Shown piece by piece: positions 9,685 through 19,186 of a stretch of DNA of 64,000 nucleotides. Under the pieces are notes generated by a model that did no database searches, was not told where the DNA came from, and saw only the letters and a list, made by a program, of their open reading frames with translations. The position numbers and the translations under genes are program-made. The DNA lies in the NCBI GenBank assembly GCA_963695555.1, contig CAVOGR010000001.1, forward strand, positions 32,001 to 96,000, written 5' to 3'. Every line of letters starts with the position of its first letter. Positions within the stretch are counted from its first letter, which is position 1. The DNA comes from an uncultured Gemmatimonadales bacterium (GTDB lineage Bacteria > Gemmatimonadota > Gemmatimonadetes > Gemmatimonadales > GWC2-71-9).

Positions 9685-9699
9685 CGGGGAGTTGGTGCG

Positions 9700-10491
9700 A
9701 TGTTACGGCAGACAGTGGTCCTCGTACTGATGGGTGCCGGTGGAGTCGCCTGTGGCGACTCCACCGGCACCGACGACCAGGTGCAGAATCAAAACTTCGT
9801 GGCAGAGGAAGCGCTCCAGCTCGATCTCGATGCAACCGGGCGCACCACGTTCAGAGTGGAAGGGATCAACGGCAACATCGACGTAGTCGGCGCGGCCGGC
9901 ACCGAGACCTTCACCGTGCGCGGGGAGCGGCAGGTCTGGTCGGAGAGTGTCGCGGACGCCCAGGATTATCTGGACCGGCTCGAGGTGGTGATCACCGAGA
10001 CCGTCGATGAAATTCTCATCCGGACGGTGCAGCCGCAGAACACCGGCGGGCGGAGCCTGGTGGTAAACTACGTGCTCACCGTGCCGGAGCGCCTGGCCGC
10101 GCGGTTGGTGAACGTGAACGGCAACGTGACCGTCCGCCAAGTGCTCGGCTCGGTCACCATCGACGACGTGAACGGCAACATCACGCTGGATGATCTGTCC
10201 GGTCCGGTCGACGTGGTGCTGGTGAACGGTAATATTACCTGCCAGGCCGTGATCGTGGCCACCGGGACGATCGATCTCGAAACGGTAAACGGCAACGTGA
10301 CCCTCGACATTCCCCAGAACACGTCCGCCGAGTTCGCGGCACACCTGGTGAACGGGACGATCACGACGAGCAACCTGGTCTTCCAGAACGTGACGGGCGG
10401 GCCGACCTCTTTGATCGGAACGCTCGGCAACGGCCAGGGCATGATCGATCTCCGGACGGTCAACGGCAATATCCTGGCACGAGGGTTCTGA
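9700..10491 (+). CDS. DUF4097-like beta-strand repeat lipoprotein
   Basis: Lipobox GVAC; repeated (V/I)NGN(I/V)T motifs. Confidence 0.85.
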   Translation: MLRQTVVLVLMGAGGVACGDSTGTDDQVQNQNFVAEEALQLDLDATGRTTFRVEGINGNIDVVGAAGTETFTVRGERQVWSESVADAQDYLDRLEVVITETVDEILIRTVQPQNTGGRSLVVNYVLTVPERLAARLVNVNGNVTVRQVLGSVTIDDVNGNITLDDLSGPVDVVLVNGNITCQAVIVATGTIDLETVNGNVTLDIPQNTSAEFAAHLVNGTITTSNLVFQNVTGGPTSLIGTLGNGQGMIDLRTVNGNILARGF

Positions 10492-10610
10492 CGCGCCCCG
10501 TGACTCTGGAGAGGGACTGAAGGAACGGGGCCGTTATACCACGCACTGCGAGCTTCTGCTCATCAACTTCCGCCGGCAGTAGCCAGACGCACCCCGAGAC
10601 CGCATCTTCC

Positions 10611-10640
10611 ACCCACTACCCACTACCCACTACCCACTAC
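10611..10640 (+). repeat. (ACCCACT)x4 array just upstream of leuB
   Basis: Read directly. Confidence 0.88.
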
Positions 10641-10652
10641 TGACTGCTCATC

Positions 10653-11738
10653 ATGTCCTACAACATCGGCGTTCTCCCAGGCGACGGCATCGGCCCCGAA
10701 GTCACCCGCGAAGCCCTGAAGGTGCTCGAGGCCGTGGCGGCCATCGAGGGGTTTGCCTATCAACTGGTCGACTATCCCTACAGCGGCACCCATTACCTCA
10801 AGACCAAAGAGCTGGTGCCCGACCATGTGATCGACGAGTGGCGCACCCTCGATGCGGTGCTGCTCGGCGCCATCGGCCATCCGGACGTCGAGACCGGATT
10901 GGTGGAGCGTTCGGTGATCCTGGGCCTCCGCTTCGGCCTGGATCTCTACATCAACCTCCGCCCCATCAAGCTCTACTCGGCGCATCTCTGCCCGCTCAAG
11001 GACAAGGGTCCCGAACACATCGATTTCGTGGTGGTCCGGGAGAACACCGAAGGGGTGTACTCCCAGATCGGCGGGCATCTGAAGAAGGGCACGCCCGATG
11101 AGGTGGCCATCGTGAACGGGGTCTACACCTGGAAAGGGTGTGAGCGGGCCGTGCGCTACGCCTTCGGGTTGGCGGAGAGGCGGGGCGAGGAGCACGGACG
11201 GACCCACCAGCCCAAGGTGACCCTGGTCGACAAGGCCAACGCCATCCGGCCGCAGGACATCTGGACCCGGGCCTTTGCCGACGTGGCCACGGAATATCCC
11301 AAGATCCAGACCGATCACGCCTACGTGGATGCCTGCTGCATGTGGATGGTCAAGAACCCGGAATGGTTCGACGTGATCGTCACCACCAATTTGTTCGGCG
11401 ACATCATCACCGACCTGGGCGCGATGCTCCAGGGCGGCATGGGGATCGCCGCGTCGGGCAACATCCACCCCGGGCAGACCTCGATGTTCGAGCCGATCCA
11501 CGGTTCCGCGCCGAAGTACGCCGGCAAGAACGTCGCCTGCCCGCTGGGCGCCATCTCGGCCGTGGCCATGATGCTCGACTTCCTCGGCGAGCACACCGCG
11601 GCAGGCCGGATCGAAAGCGCGATAGCCGGACTGCTTCAGAGCGGTACCGTGCCTTCGGCCGATGCCAGGAGCGGTATCGCAACCGATGCCATGGGCGACA
11701 TGGTGGTGAAGAGGCTGGGGGGAGCGGCCGCTAGTTGA
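10653..11738 (+). CDS. leuB: 3-isopropylmalate dehydrogenase (isocitrate/isopropylmalate dehydrogenase family)
   Basis: PGDGIGPEV, NLRP, VRENTEG.Y, NLFGDIITD, FEPIHGSAP; leuCD not adjacent, so substrate is uncertain. Confidence 0.78.
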   Translation: MSYNIGVLPGDGIGPEVTREALKVLEAVAAIEGFAYQLVDYPYSGTHYLKTKELVPDHVIDEWRTLDAVLLGAIGHPDVETGLVERSVILGLRFGLDLYINLRPIKLYSAHLCPLKDKGPEHIDFVVVRENTEGVYSQIGGHLKKGTPDEVAIVNGVYTWKGCERAVRYAFGLAERRGEEHGRTHQPKVTLVDKANAIRPQDIWTRAFADVATEYPKIQTDHAYVDACCMWMVKNPEWFDVIVTTNLFGDIITDLGAMLQGGMGIAASGNIHPGQTSMFEPIHGSAPKYAGKNVACPLGAISAVAMMLDFLGEHTAAGRIESAIAGLLQSGTVPSADARSGIATDAMGDMVVKRLGGAAAS

Positions 11739-11951
11739 TAGCCATTGGCGAACGGCTATTGGCTACTGGTCCTTCCAGACTAGGTTCCTTGATAGCGGCT
11801 GCGAGGACTAATTGCCAATAGCTGGAGGCCTTACAGCGATCCTACCCTGCACCTAGCCACTAGCTGCCGGTCTCGTGGTGATCTCGCCCTGACAGCCGAT
11901 AACCCCTTCCCGACCCGCCACATCCCGTTCTTAGCCCCCTCCGAATCCCCG

Positions 11952-11980
11952 GGCAACGTTTTGCCGTAGGAAGGCGTCTA
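11952..11980 (+). promoter_or_regulatory. Candidate ECF-sigma promoter
   Basis: GGCAAC-N17-CGTCTA about 40 nt upstream of the 12018 ATG. Confidence 0.45.
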
Positions 11981-12017
11981 AGGAGGAGAACTCCGAACTT
12001 TCTCTGACGGAGCCTTC

Positions 12018-14672
12018 ATGCACAGCCTGATTCCCGGACTCCTGTTGAGCCTAGCGGCTCAGGGATCTGCGCCAGACGCCAGGCCGCCCGACCCGGACAC
12101 GCCCCAGCGGGTCCAGGCCGTTCGGTTGAGTGAGCCCATAACCATGGACGGCGCCCTCGACGAGGCCGGGTGGCAGCGGGCCACCCCGTTCAGTGCCTTT
12201 ACCCAGCGGGATCCCAACGAGGGCGAGCAGCCCAGCCAGCGCACCGAAGTCTATGTGCTCTATGACGATGAGGGCCTCCTGATCGGTGCCCGGCTCCATG
12301 ATACCGCCGTCGACTCGATCGTAGCCCGGCTGGGACGGCGCGACGATTGGACCAACTCGGACTGGTTCGGCGTATTTCTCGACCCATATCGGGACGGGCG
12401 GACCGGGTTCTACTTCGGCCTGAACGCGGCGGGCACCCAATATGACGGGGTGCTGTTCAACGACGATTGGGACGATGACAGCTGGGACGGGGTGTGGGAG
12501 GGCAAGGTTCAACGGACCTCCGACGGGTGGACCGCAGAAATGCGGATTCCCTATTCGCAACTCCGGTTCAAGAACGGGACGGAACAGGTCTGGGGCATCA
12601 ATTTCAAACGCGAGATCGCCCGAAGCAACGAAACCGACTACCTGGTCTTCACGCCCAAGAACGGCAGCGGGTTCGTTTCACGCTTCCCCGAATTGCGCGG
12701 CCTCCAAGGAGTGAACCCGCCGCGGCGGCTCGAGATCCTGCCCTATGTGACCAGCCGCGCAGCTTTGCTCGATCACGAGCCCGGCGATCCGTTCAACGAC
12801 GGCTCGCGAATTACCAGTAATGTCGGCGCGGACGTGAAGTTCGGGCTGGGCAGTAATCTTACTGTCGACGCGACCATCAATCCCGACTTCGGCCAAGTCG
12901 AGGTCGATCCGGCGGTCGTGAACCTGAGCGATTTTGAGACCTTCTTTCCCGAAAAGCGGCCATTCTTCATCGAGGGCCGGACCATCTTCGACTTCGGCTT
13001 CGGCGGCGCCAACAACAACTGGGGCTTTAATTTCGGCACGCCGGACTTCTTCTATAGCCGACGGCTCGGCCGGTCGCCGCAGGGTAGCCTGCCGGACGTC
13101 GATTACTCGCACTCGCCCGACGGCACCACCATCCTGGGCGCAGCGAAGATCTCCGGCAAGATCGGCAACACCAACATCGGCATGTTGCACGCGTTGACTG
13201 GACGCGAGATGGCGGATATCGACCTGGGCGGAGTGCGGCAAGCTGTCGAAGTCGAGCCACGGACCTACTACGGGGTGGCCCGGGCCCAGCGGGAGATGAA
13301 CGACGGGCGGCACGCCGTGGGGTTCATCGCCACCTACGCCAAGCGCGACTTCGGCGATCCACGCCTCGAAAACGAGATCAACGGCTCGTCGGTCGCGCTG
13401 GGGCTCGATGGCTGGACCTTCCTCGATCAGGATAAGGAGTGGGTGATCACGGGGTGGGCCGGCGCGAGTCGGGTGGCGGGAACGCGCGCGCGTCTGCTCG
13501 ACCTCCAGCAGAGCTCGCTCCACTACTACCAGCGCCCCGATGCGGACTACATCACGCTCGATTCGAGCCGAACCTCGCTCGCGGGGTACGGCAGCCGAGT
13601 CTCGCTCAACAAGCAAAAGGGCGACTGGCGGATCAACACGGCCTTTGGCCTCATCAGCCCGGGCTTCGACGTCAACGACGTCGGCTTCCAGTGGAACTCC
13701 GACGTGGTGAACGGGCATTTCGTGGTGTCTCGCCTCTGGTCCCAACCGAGCCGACTGTTCCGGTCGGTGAGCACCAATCTCGCGGTGTTCCGGAGCTGGA
13801 ACTTCGGGGGCGACGTGACCTGGACCGGCCTGTTCCAGAACGGCCAGGTTCAATTCCTGAATTACTACCGGCTGAATTACTTCGTGGCCTACAACCCGGA
13901 GACCGTGAGCTTCCGTCGCACCCGCGGCGGTCCGCTTACGGTGAATCCGCCCGGCTGGGAAGGCAGCATGTTCCTCCGGTCCGACGATCGGAAGTCGCTG
14001 GTGTTTGGCGTGGGATTCGAACGGTCGGATTACCAAAAGGATGCCGATCGGAGTTGGGAGATCGAGACTGAGATCGAGTGGAAACCATCGAGTTCACTTT
14101 CACTGGCCTTCACACCGGCGTTCAGACGCAGCTTCACGTCGGCGCAGTATGTGGACACGTTCGAAGATTCCAACGCGATCCCCACGTTCGGCAATCGCTA
14201 TGTCTTTGCCGATCTCCAACAGACCACCCTGTCCGGTGGGCTCCGGCTCAACTGGGTGTTCACCCCGAAGTTGAGCCTTCAGCTCTACGCCCAGCCGCTC
14301 ATCGCGTCGGGTGACTACACCGATTACAAGGAGCTGGCCCGCCCACGGAGCTATGACTTCAACGTCTACGGCCAGAGCGGCAATTCCACCTTCGACCCCA
14401 CCACCTTCACCGCGGATCCCGACGGGCCGGGTGGGCCGGCCCAGCCGCTCGAGATCGGCAACCAGAACTTCAACTTCCGCTCACTGCGCGGGAACGCGGT
14501 GCTGCGGTGGGAGTACATGCCCGGCTCGACCCTGTACCTGGTCTGGACCCAGAGTCGGAGCGATGACGAGGCCATCGGCGACTTCCGCTTTGGCCGCTCG
14601 CTCAACCGGCTGTTCAGCGCCAAGGCCGACAACATCTTCGCCATCAAGATGACGTATTGGTGGAATCCGTGA
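12018..14672 (+). CDS. DUF5916 / CBM9-like domain exported protein, probable outer-membrane beta-barrel
   Basis: Signal peptide; DGALDEAGW, GWTAEMRIPYSQLRF, ATINPDFGQVEVD, FETFFPEKRPFF; ends KMTYWWNP. Confidence 0.85.
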   Translation: MHSLIPGLLLSLAAQGSAPDARPPDPDTPQRVQAVRLSEPITMDGALDEAGWQRATPFSAFTQRDPNEGEQPSQRTEVYVLYDDEGLLIGARLHDTAVDSIVARLGRRDDWTNSDWFGVFLDPYRDGRTGFYFGLNAAGTQYDGVLFNDDWDDDSWDGVWEGKVQRTSDGWTAEMRIPYSQLRFKNGTEQVWGINFKREIARSNETDYLVFTPKNGSGFVSRFPELRGLQGVNPPRRLEILPYVTSRAALLDHEPGDPFNDGSRITSNVGADVKFGLGSNLTVDATINPDFGQVEVDPAVVNLSDFETFFPEKRPFFIEGRTIFDFGFGGANNNWGFNFGTPDFFYSRRLGRSPQGSLPDVDYSHSPDGTTILGAAKISGKIGNTNIGMLHALTGREMADIDLGGVRQAVEVEPRTYYGVARAQREMNDGRHAVGFIATYAKRDFGDPRLENEINGSSVALGLDGWTFLDQDKEWVITGWAGASRVAGTRARLLDLQQSSLHYYQRPDADYITLDSSRTSLAGYGSRVSLNKQKGDWRINTAFGLISPGFDVNDVGFQWNSDVVNGHFVVSRLWSQPSRLFRSVSTNLAVFRSWNFGGDVTWTGLFQNGQVQFLNYYRLNYFVAYNPETVSFRRTRGGPLTVNPPGWEGSMFLRSDDRKSLVFGVGFERSDYQKDADRSWEIETEIEWKPSSSLSLAFTPAFRRSFTSAQYVDTFEDSNAIPTFGNRYVFADLQQTTLSGGLRLNWVFTPKLSLQLYAQPLIASGDYTDYKELARPRSYDFNVYGQSGNSTFDPTTFTADPDGPGGPAQPLEIGNQNFNFRSLRGNAVLRWEYMPGSTLYLVWTQSRSDDEAIGDFRFGRSLNRLFSAKADNIFAIKMTYWWNP

Positions 14673-14673
14673 T

Positions 14674-14816
14674 GGGAGGGAGTAGGGAGTGGGATGGTAG
14701 GGAGTAGGACCTGGAAAGGGGGGCCGACGACAGATTGCCGGCCTCTTCTCTTTTTCGTCGCTTCTGTCCTCGGACGACTCCCTTACCATCCTACTCCCTA
14801 CTCCCTACTCCCTACT
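14674..14816. repeat. Mirror pair of GGGAGTA-family arrays (14674-14708, 14791-14816) around a terminator-like hairpin
   Basis: Read directly; AAAGGGGGCCG...CGGCCTCTTCTCTTTTT at about 14716-14755. Confidence 0.8.
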
Positions 14817-15019
14817 GCCAATCACCGCATCTCACCAGCCCTTCTGTCACGATTCGTTACAACAGCGCCTCCTGAACCATCAAATAGCCCCTCTACGCTG
14901 GTCTCCATCTTGCTCATCATCACCCCAGGAGGGGCGGATCCCCCGAGAGTCAGTATTCCGACTGGCCCATTCGCCCTTCTCCTTGACTCATTTCAGGCGA
15001 GAGCCGGTGGGAGACGGAC

Positions 15020-15430
15020 ATGAGGATCACGCTGAAGAACACTCGCAGCACGGTCATAATGGTGGGGATACTACTCGCCGGGGCGGTATCGGCCTGCGGT
15101 GACGACCCGCTGGCACCGTTCGAGCCCCAGGTGGCCAATCTCACGGACTCGTTTCAACTGCAGGCGACCGACGTCACCGGCGTCACCGCCACGGTCACCT
15201 ACACTTGGCAGAACACCGGCACCACGGCCAACGTGAACCAGGCGTCCGTCAAGAATGCGGGGACGGCCGTGCTCACGATCAGTGATGCCGGTGGGACCCA
15301 GGTGTATTCGCAGGACCTGGCCGCCAACGGCACGTTCCAGACGACTGCTGGGACAACCGGCGGCTGGACTGTCCGAGTCGTCCTCAGCGACTTCAGCGGC
15401 ACGCTCAATTTCCGGGCGGAGAAGCCGTAA
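15020..15430 (+). CDS. Hypothetical Thr-rich beta-sandwich lipoprotein
   Basis: Lipobox VSAC; coding-like codon use; GGAGA upstream. Confidence 0.75.
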   Translation: MRITLKNTRSTVIMVGILLAGAVSACGDDPLAPFEPQVANLTDSFQLQATDVTGVTATVTYTWQNTGTTANVNQASVKNAGTAVLTISDAGGTQVYSQDLAANGTFQTTAGTTGGWTVRVVLSDFSGTLNFRAEKP

Positions 15431-15447
15431 GGAGAAGAAGCGGATAG

Positions 15448-15507
15448 GCGGAAGTCAGAAAGGCGGGAAGTGATCTCCACTCACCTTCCCGCCTTTCTGA
15501 CTTCCGC
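15448..15507. terminator. 23-bp perfect inverted repeat between convergent genes
   Basis: GCGGAAGTCAGAAAGGCGGGAAG (15448-15470) pairs with CTTCCCGCCTTTCTGACTTCCGC (15485-15507). Confidence 0.75.
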
Positions 15508-15514
15508 TTCCCGC

Positions 15515-17788
15515 CTACGGCGTGGCTGCCGCCTTCCCGCCCGGCTCCAGGTTCTCCATGAGGTAGCTGGTTAGCAGGTTGTACAGGTGCAGGGTGGTGC
15601 CGCGGCCCTCGAAGATGCCGTGGGAGCGGTTGGGATAGGCCATCATGGTAAAGGGCTTGTTGTGCTCGATCAGCGTGTTGATCAGTCGCTCAGTGCCCTG
15701 GTAGTGCACGTTGTCGTCGCCGGTGCCGTGCACGACCAAGCAGGTTCCCCTTCGAGATGCTCTGCGAAGGTGATGGGTGAGCCCTTCCGGTAGCCCTCGG
15801 CGTTCTCGTCCGGCATACCCATGTAGCGTTCCTGGTAGATGGTGTCGTACAGGGTCTGATCGGGCACCGGGGCCACCGCCATGCCGGTGTGATAGAGGTC
15901 GGGGTAGCGGAACAGCGAGGTTCAGCGTCATCGACCCGCCGCCGCTCCAGCCCCAGACGCCGATCCGTTCGGCGTCGATGTACGGACCGTTCGCTGATCA
16001 GCGCCTGAACACCCGCCGCCTGATCCGCCGAGGCGATGATGCCGATCTCGCGATAGACCATCTTCCGCCAGTCGCGGCCGCGCGGCGCCGGGGTGCCCCG
16101 GTTGTCCAAGCTGACCACGAGATAGCCCTGCTCGGTCAGGTATTGGTGCCACAGCATCGAGCGGCCCGCCCCAGCGATCCAGCACCGTCTGGCCTGCCGG
16201 CTCGCCGTACACGTAGAAGAGCACCGGGTACTTCTTGGATGGATCGAAATCGTTGGGCACCATCAGCCATCCGTCGAGCTTCACGCCGTTGCCGATGTCG
16301 ACTTGGAAGAATTCGGTGGGGCGAGCCTTGATCGCCTGAATCGTGGCCTTGAGCGAGTCGTTGGTCACCAGTGTGCGCGCCACGCGATGCTTCGGCAGCG
16401 TGATCAGGGAAGTCACCGTTGGCGTCTCGACATTCGAGTATCGGTGAAACGCCCACGTGGCGTCGGGCGACAGCTGGTAGCTGTGCGTTCCCGGCAGATC
16501 CATCGGCGAGAGTCGCTCGGCCTTGCCGCTTCCGGTCGAGCCGTGCACGGAAGAGGTAGCGCTGCGTCGCGTTGGTCGGCGAGGCCATGTAGTAGAGCCA
16601 ACCGCCCTCGTCGTCCACCTGCACGACGCTCACGATGTCGACGTTGGCCGGGGTGATCGGCATGATCGAGCGCCCATCCCGGGATACGCGGTACACCCGG
16701 CGCCATCCGTCGCGCTCGCTGACCCAGGTAAACGCCTTGCCACCGTCGAGCCAGTAGAGATCGTCGACCACGTCCACCCAGGCCGAGTCGGCGTCGGTCA
16801 TGATGGTCCGGACCGCCCCGGTGCGCGCGTCACCCAACATCACGCGGTTCGTGTTCTGGAGCCGGTTCAGCTGCTGGATGATGACCTCGTTGGGGCTCTC
16901 GGCCCACTCCATCCGGGCCAGGTAGTTGTTGCGCGGGTCGCCCTCGGTGGCGAACCAGGTGGTTGCGCCCCCGCTTGCCGGGACGACGCCGATCCGCGCC
17001 GCCGAGTTGGTGGTGCCCGCCTTGGGGTACTGGATGGGGATGACGTAGGAATAGAGCGAGTCGGTGTTGTTGATCAGGAGAAAGTCGCGCACGCCCTCCG
17101 CGTCGAGCTGCCAGTAGGCGATCCGGGCCCCGTCCGGGCTCCAGCGGAAGCCGTCCTGGAGGGACAACTCTTCCTCGTAGACCCAGTCGAAGGTGCCGTT
17201 GATGATGGTCGTCGAGCCGTCGTGGGTGAGCTGGGTGATCGCACCCGTCGTGAGGTCCTCGACGTAGATGTTGTTCTCCCGGACGTAACCGACCCGGGTG
17301 CCGTCGGGGGAGAACTTGGCGAACATGAGCGACGCTTCGGGCGCGCCGCCGCCCAATTGCCGGAGCTCCCCGCTCGCCACGTCGAGCACCCAGTAGTCGC
17401 CGCGGGTGTTGGTGCGCCAGACGCGGCGGGTGTTGGTGAAGACGAGGAGGCGTCCGTGATCTTCGGACCAGATGTAGTTGCTGATGCCGAGCGGCCGGGC
17501 TTGCCCGGCTGGGATGAGGGCCGACGCCGGGACCAGGACTTTGCGGTCACCGGTTCGCGCGTCGTATTCGACGATGTCACGCCCGCCGGGCGTTGTGTCC
17601 GAGCCCTCGAGTGTCGTGTACACACTGCCATTCAGCCATCGGGCCGGTCCGAAGTTGTCCCCAAAAAAATCACGCGACGCGAAGATGCGGTCGAGGGTGA
17701 GCCGCTCCACCGCGACATCCTGGGCCGCAATCGGAGCGGGAAGGCTGATGAGAACCACAAGGAAAGGTGCCAAACGAGAGAGACGCAT
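15515..17788 (-). pseudogene. Dipeptidyl peptidase IV (S9B), frameshifted as given by six 1-nt insertions; pseudogene or sequencing error
   Basis: NGTFDWVYEEE, YPKAG, then across frames YGEPA, DNRGT, GWSGGG, YDTIYQERYMG, HGTGDDNVH, NRSHG. Confidence 0.88.
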
Positions 17789-17859
17789 AGTGACGATCCG
17801 TGGTGGAAGGAACGCCCTAAATGGAACGTGGGATGGGGCGCAGGGGAAGGGGTGAGCAA

Positions 17860-17995
17860 GGGAGTAGGGAGTAGGGAGTGGGGGAATGAGGCGGAAGGTG
17901 GTTGGTCGGTCGGACGGAACGTGAGTGGAATGTTGTTTTCTGGCTCGCCTTTCGCCTTTCGCCTTTTTGCTTCTTCGCCTCTTCGGCTTCCCGCC
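17860..17995. repeat. GGGAGTA x3 (17860-17880) and degenerate TTCGCCT array (about 17945-17995)
   Basis: Read directly. Confidence 0.75.
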
Positions 17996-18070
17996 TTCCC
18001 GTCTCCCGCCCTAGTCCTGGCACGCCCTTTGCCTTTTGGACTAACGACGAAACGGACCTCGATGTGACGG

Positions 18071-18724
18071 ATGACCACGCGGGATGCGCGCATGAGCCGT
18101 TCGACGCCAACCCAACCTGCCCGGGCTCTCCGGGCGCCGCGCCAGTCGGCGATTGGCTTGCCGATGGGCCTGGGGCTCTGCGTCGTGGGGTGGATCATGC
18201 CGCTCCCGATCGAGTCAGCTGCGCGGGCGCCGGAGCCGCCGGCGCGATTGACCATCGAGCGCTCGCTGCTCGGTAAGTTGCAGACCCTCGCGGCCGGACT
18301 CCGCTTGGAAATCGTCCTGTGTCTCGAGGGTACGCATACCGGCGATGGCGTGCACCTCACCGACTTCTTCATGCCCGATCCCGAAATGGCGGCCGGCGCA
18401 CGTGTGCTGGCTGCCCCCTGCCAAAGCACCACCGCCGCCGTGTGGCACAATCATCCGTTCGTGGACGCATTCCATGGGCCGGACGGAGTTCGCCCGCGTG
18501 GCGAACCCATTCGCGAGCCGCGACAACTCTGCGCGCTGTCTCGGAGCGACATCCGGACGACGATCGAGCGCGGCTATCCGTTCGTCGTGGTATCGGTCGA
18601 CGCCGAGACCTGGTGCTGGTGGACCCTCGACCAGGTCAAGCGGTTCGGGAGTGAACGGCTGCCGCTCGGACCAGCGATCGATGGACAAGGCTCCTGGCGC
18701 GGCCCCATCGCGTCGCTGCCCTAG
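18071..18724 (+). CDS. Hypothetical exported or membrane-anchored protein with JAMM/MPN+-like motif; start uncertain
   Basis: Hydrophobic N-region; EIVLCLEG...VWHNHP...LSRSD...FVVVSV. Confidence 0.65.
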   Translation: MTTRDARMSRSTPTQPARALRAPRQSAIGLPMGLGLCVVGWIMPLPIESAARAPEPPARLTIERSLLGKLQTLAAGLRLEIVLCLEGTHTGDGVHLTDFFMPDPEMAAGARVLAAPCQSTTAAVWHNHPFVDAFHGPDGVRPRGEPIREPRQLCALSRSDIRTTIERGYPFVVVSVDAETWCWWTLDQVKRFGSERLPLGPAIDGQGSWRGPIASLP

Positions 18725-18969
18725 GCCGCCCATTCACGGCACCGCAACACCACAACCAGTTGTAGAACGTCTTCCGCTGGTAAAGAATCCCGTAGTGGAG
18801 AATTCCGCTCGGGACCTTTCCTGTCTCTGCTGCGCCTGGAAGCTCGGCTGCCTCGGTCCAGCCGGCTCCATCGAATCAAGTGCCGTACCTGCAATGTTTT
18901 ACCCGTGAACCACCCGTCCGTGCTCGACGGCGCGGCGCTTGACGGGCCCGTCTGGACTGACCGCCTTCC

Positions 18970-18998
18970 TTACCGACCGGGGAATTGGGACCTATATT
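18970..18998 (+). promoter_or_regulatory. Candidate sigma70 promoter for the 19187 gene
   Basis: TTACCG-N17-TATATT. Confidence 0.35.
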
Positions 18999-19186
18999 GT
19001 CCTATCTGCCGGTGCCCCGTCCGTTGGACATCAGGCGTCCATCTCGTTTGACCGTTCCGGGGAGAGCACCTGCGAATTAGCACCCTTACCTCTGTGTTTC
19101 CCAGTGGACCCGCCCCCACGGGTCCGTGTGTTCGTCCCGGGCCGGCACCCGCTCGCCCGGGATTCGTTTATCACCAAGGAGGAGTA

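Noticed and set aside
10502..10530. GACTCTGGAGAG..CTGAAGGA resembling part of a glycine riboswitch upstream of leuB
   Set aside because: No downstream CTCAGG element, no first aptamer and no room for the stems
15515..16550. Programmed ribosomal frameshifting in DPP-IV
   Set aside because: Six successive shifts without slippery heptamers is implausible; sequencing error is more likely
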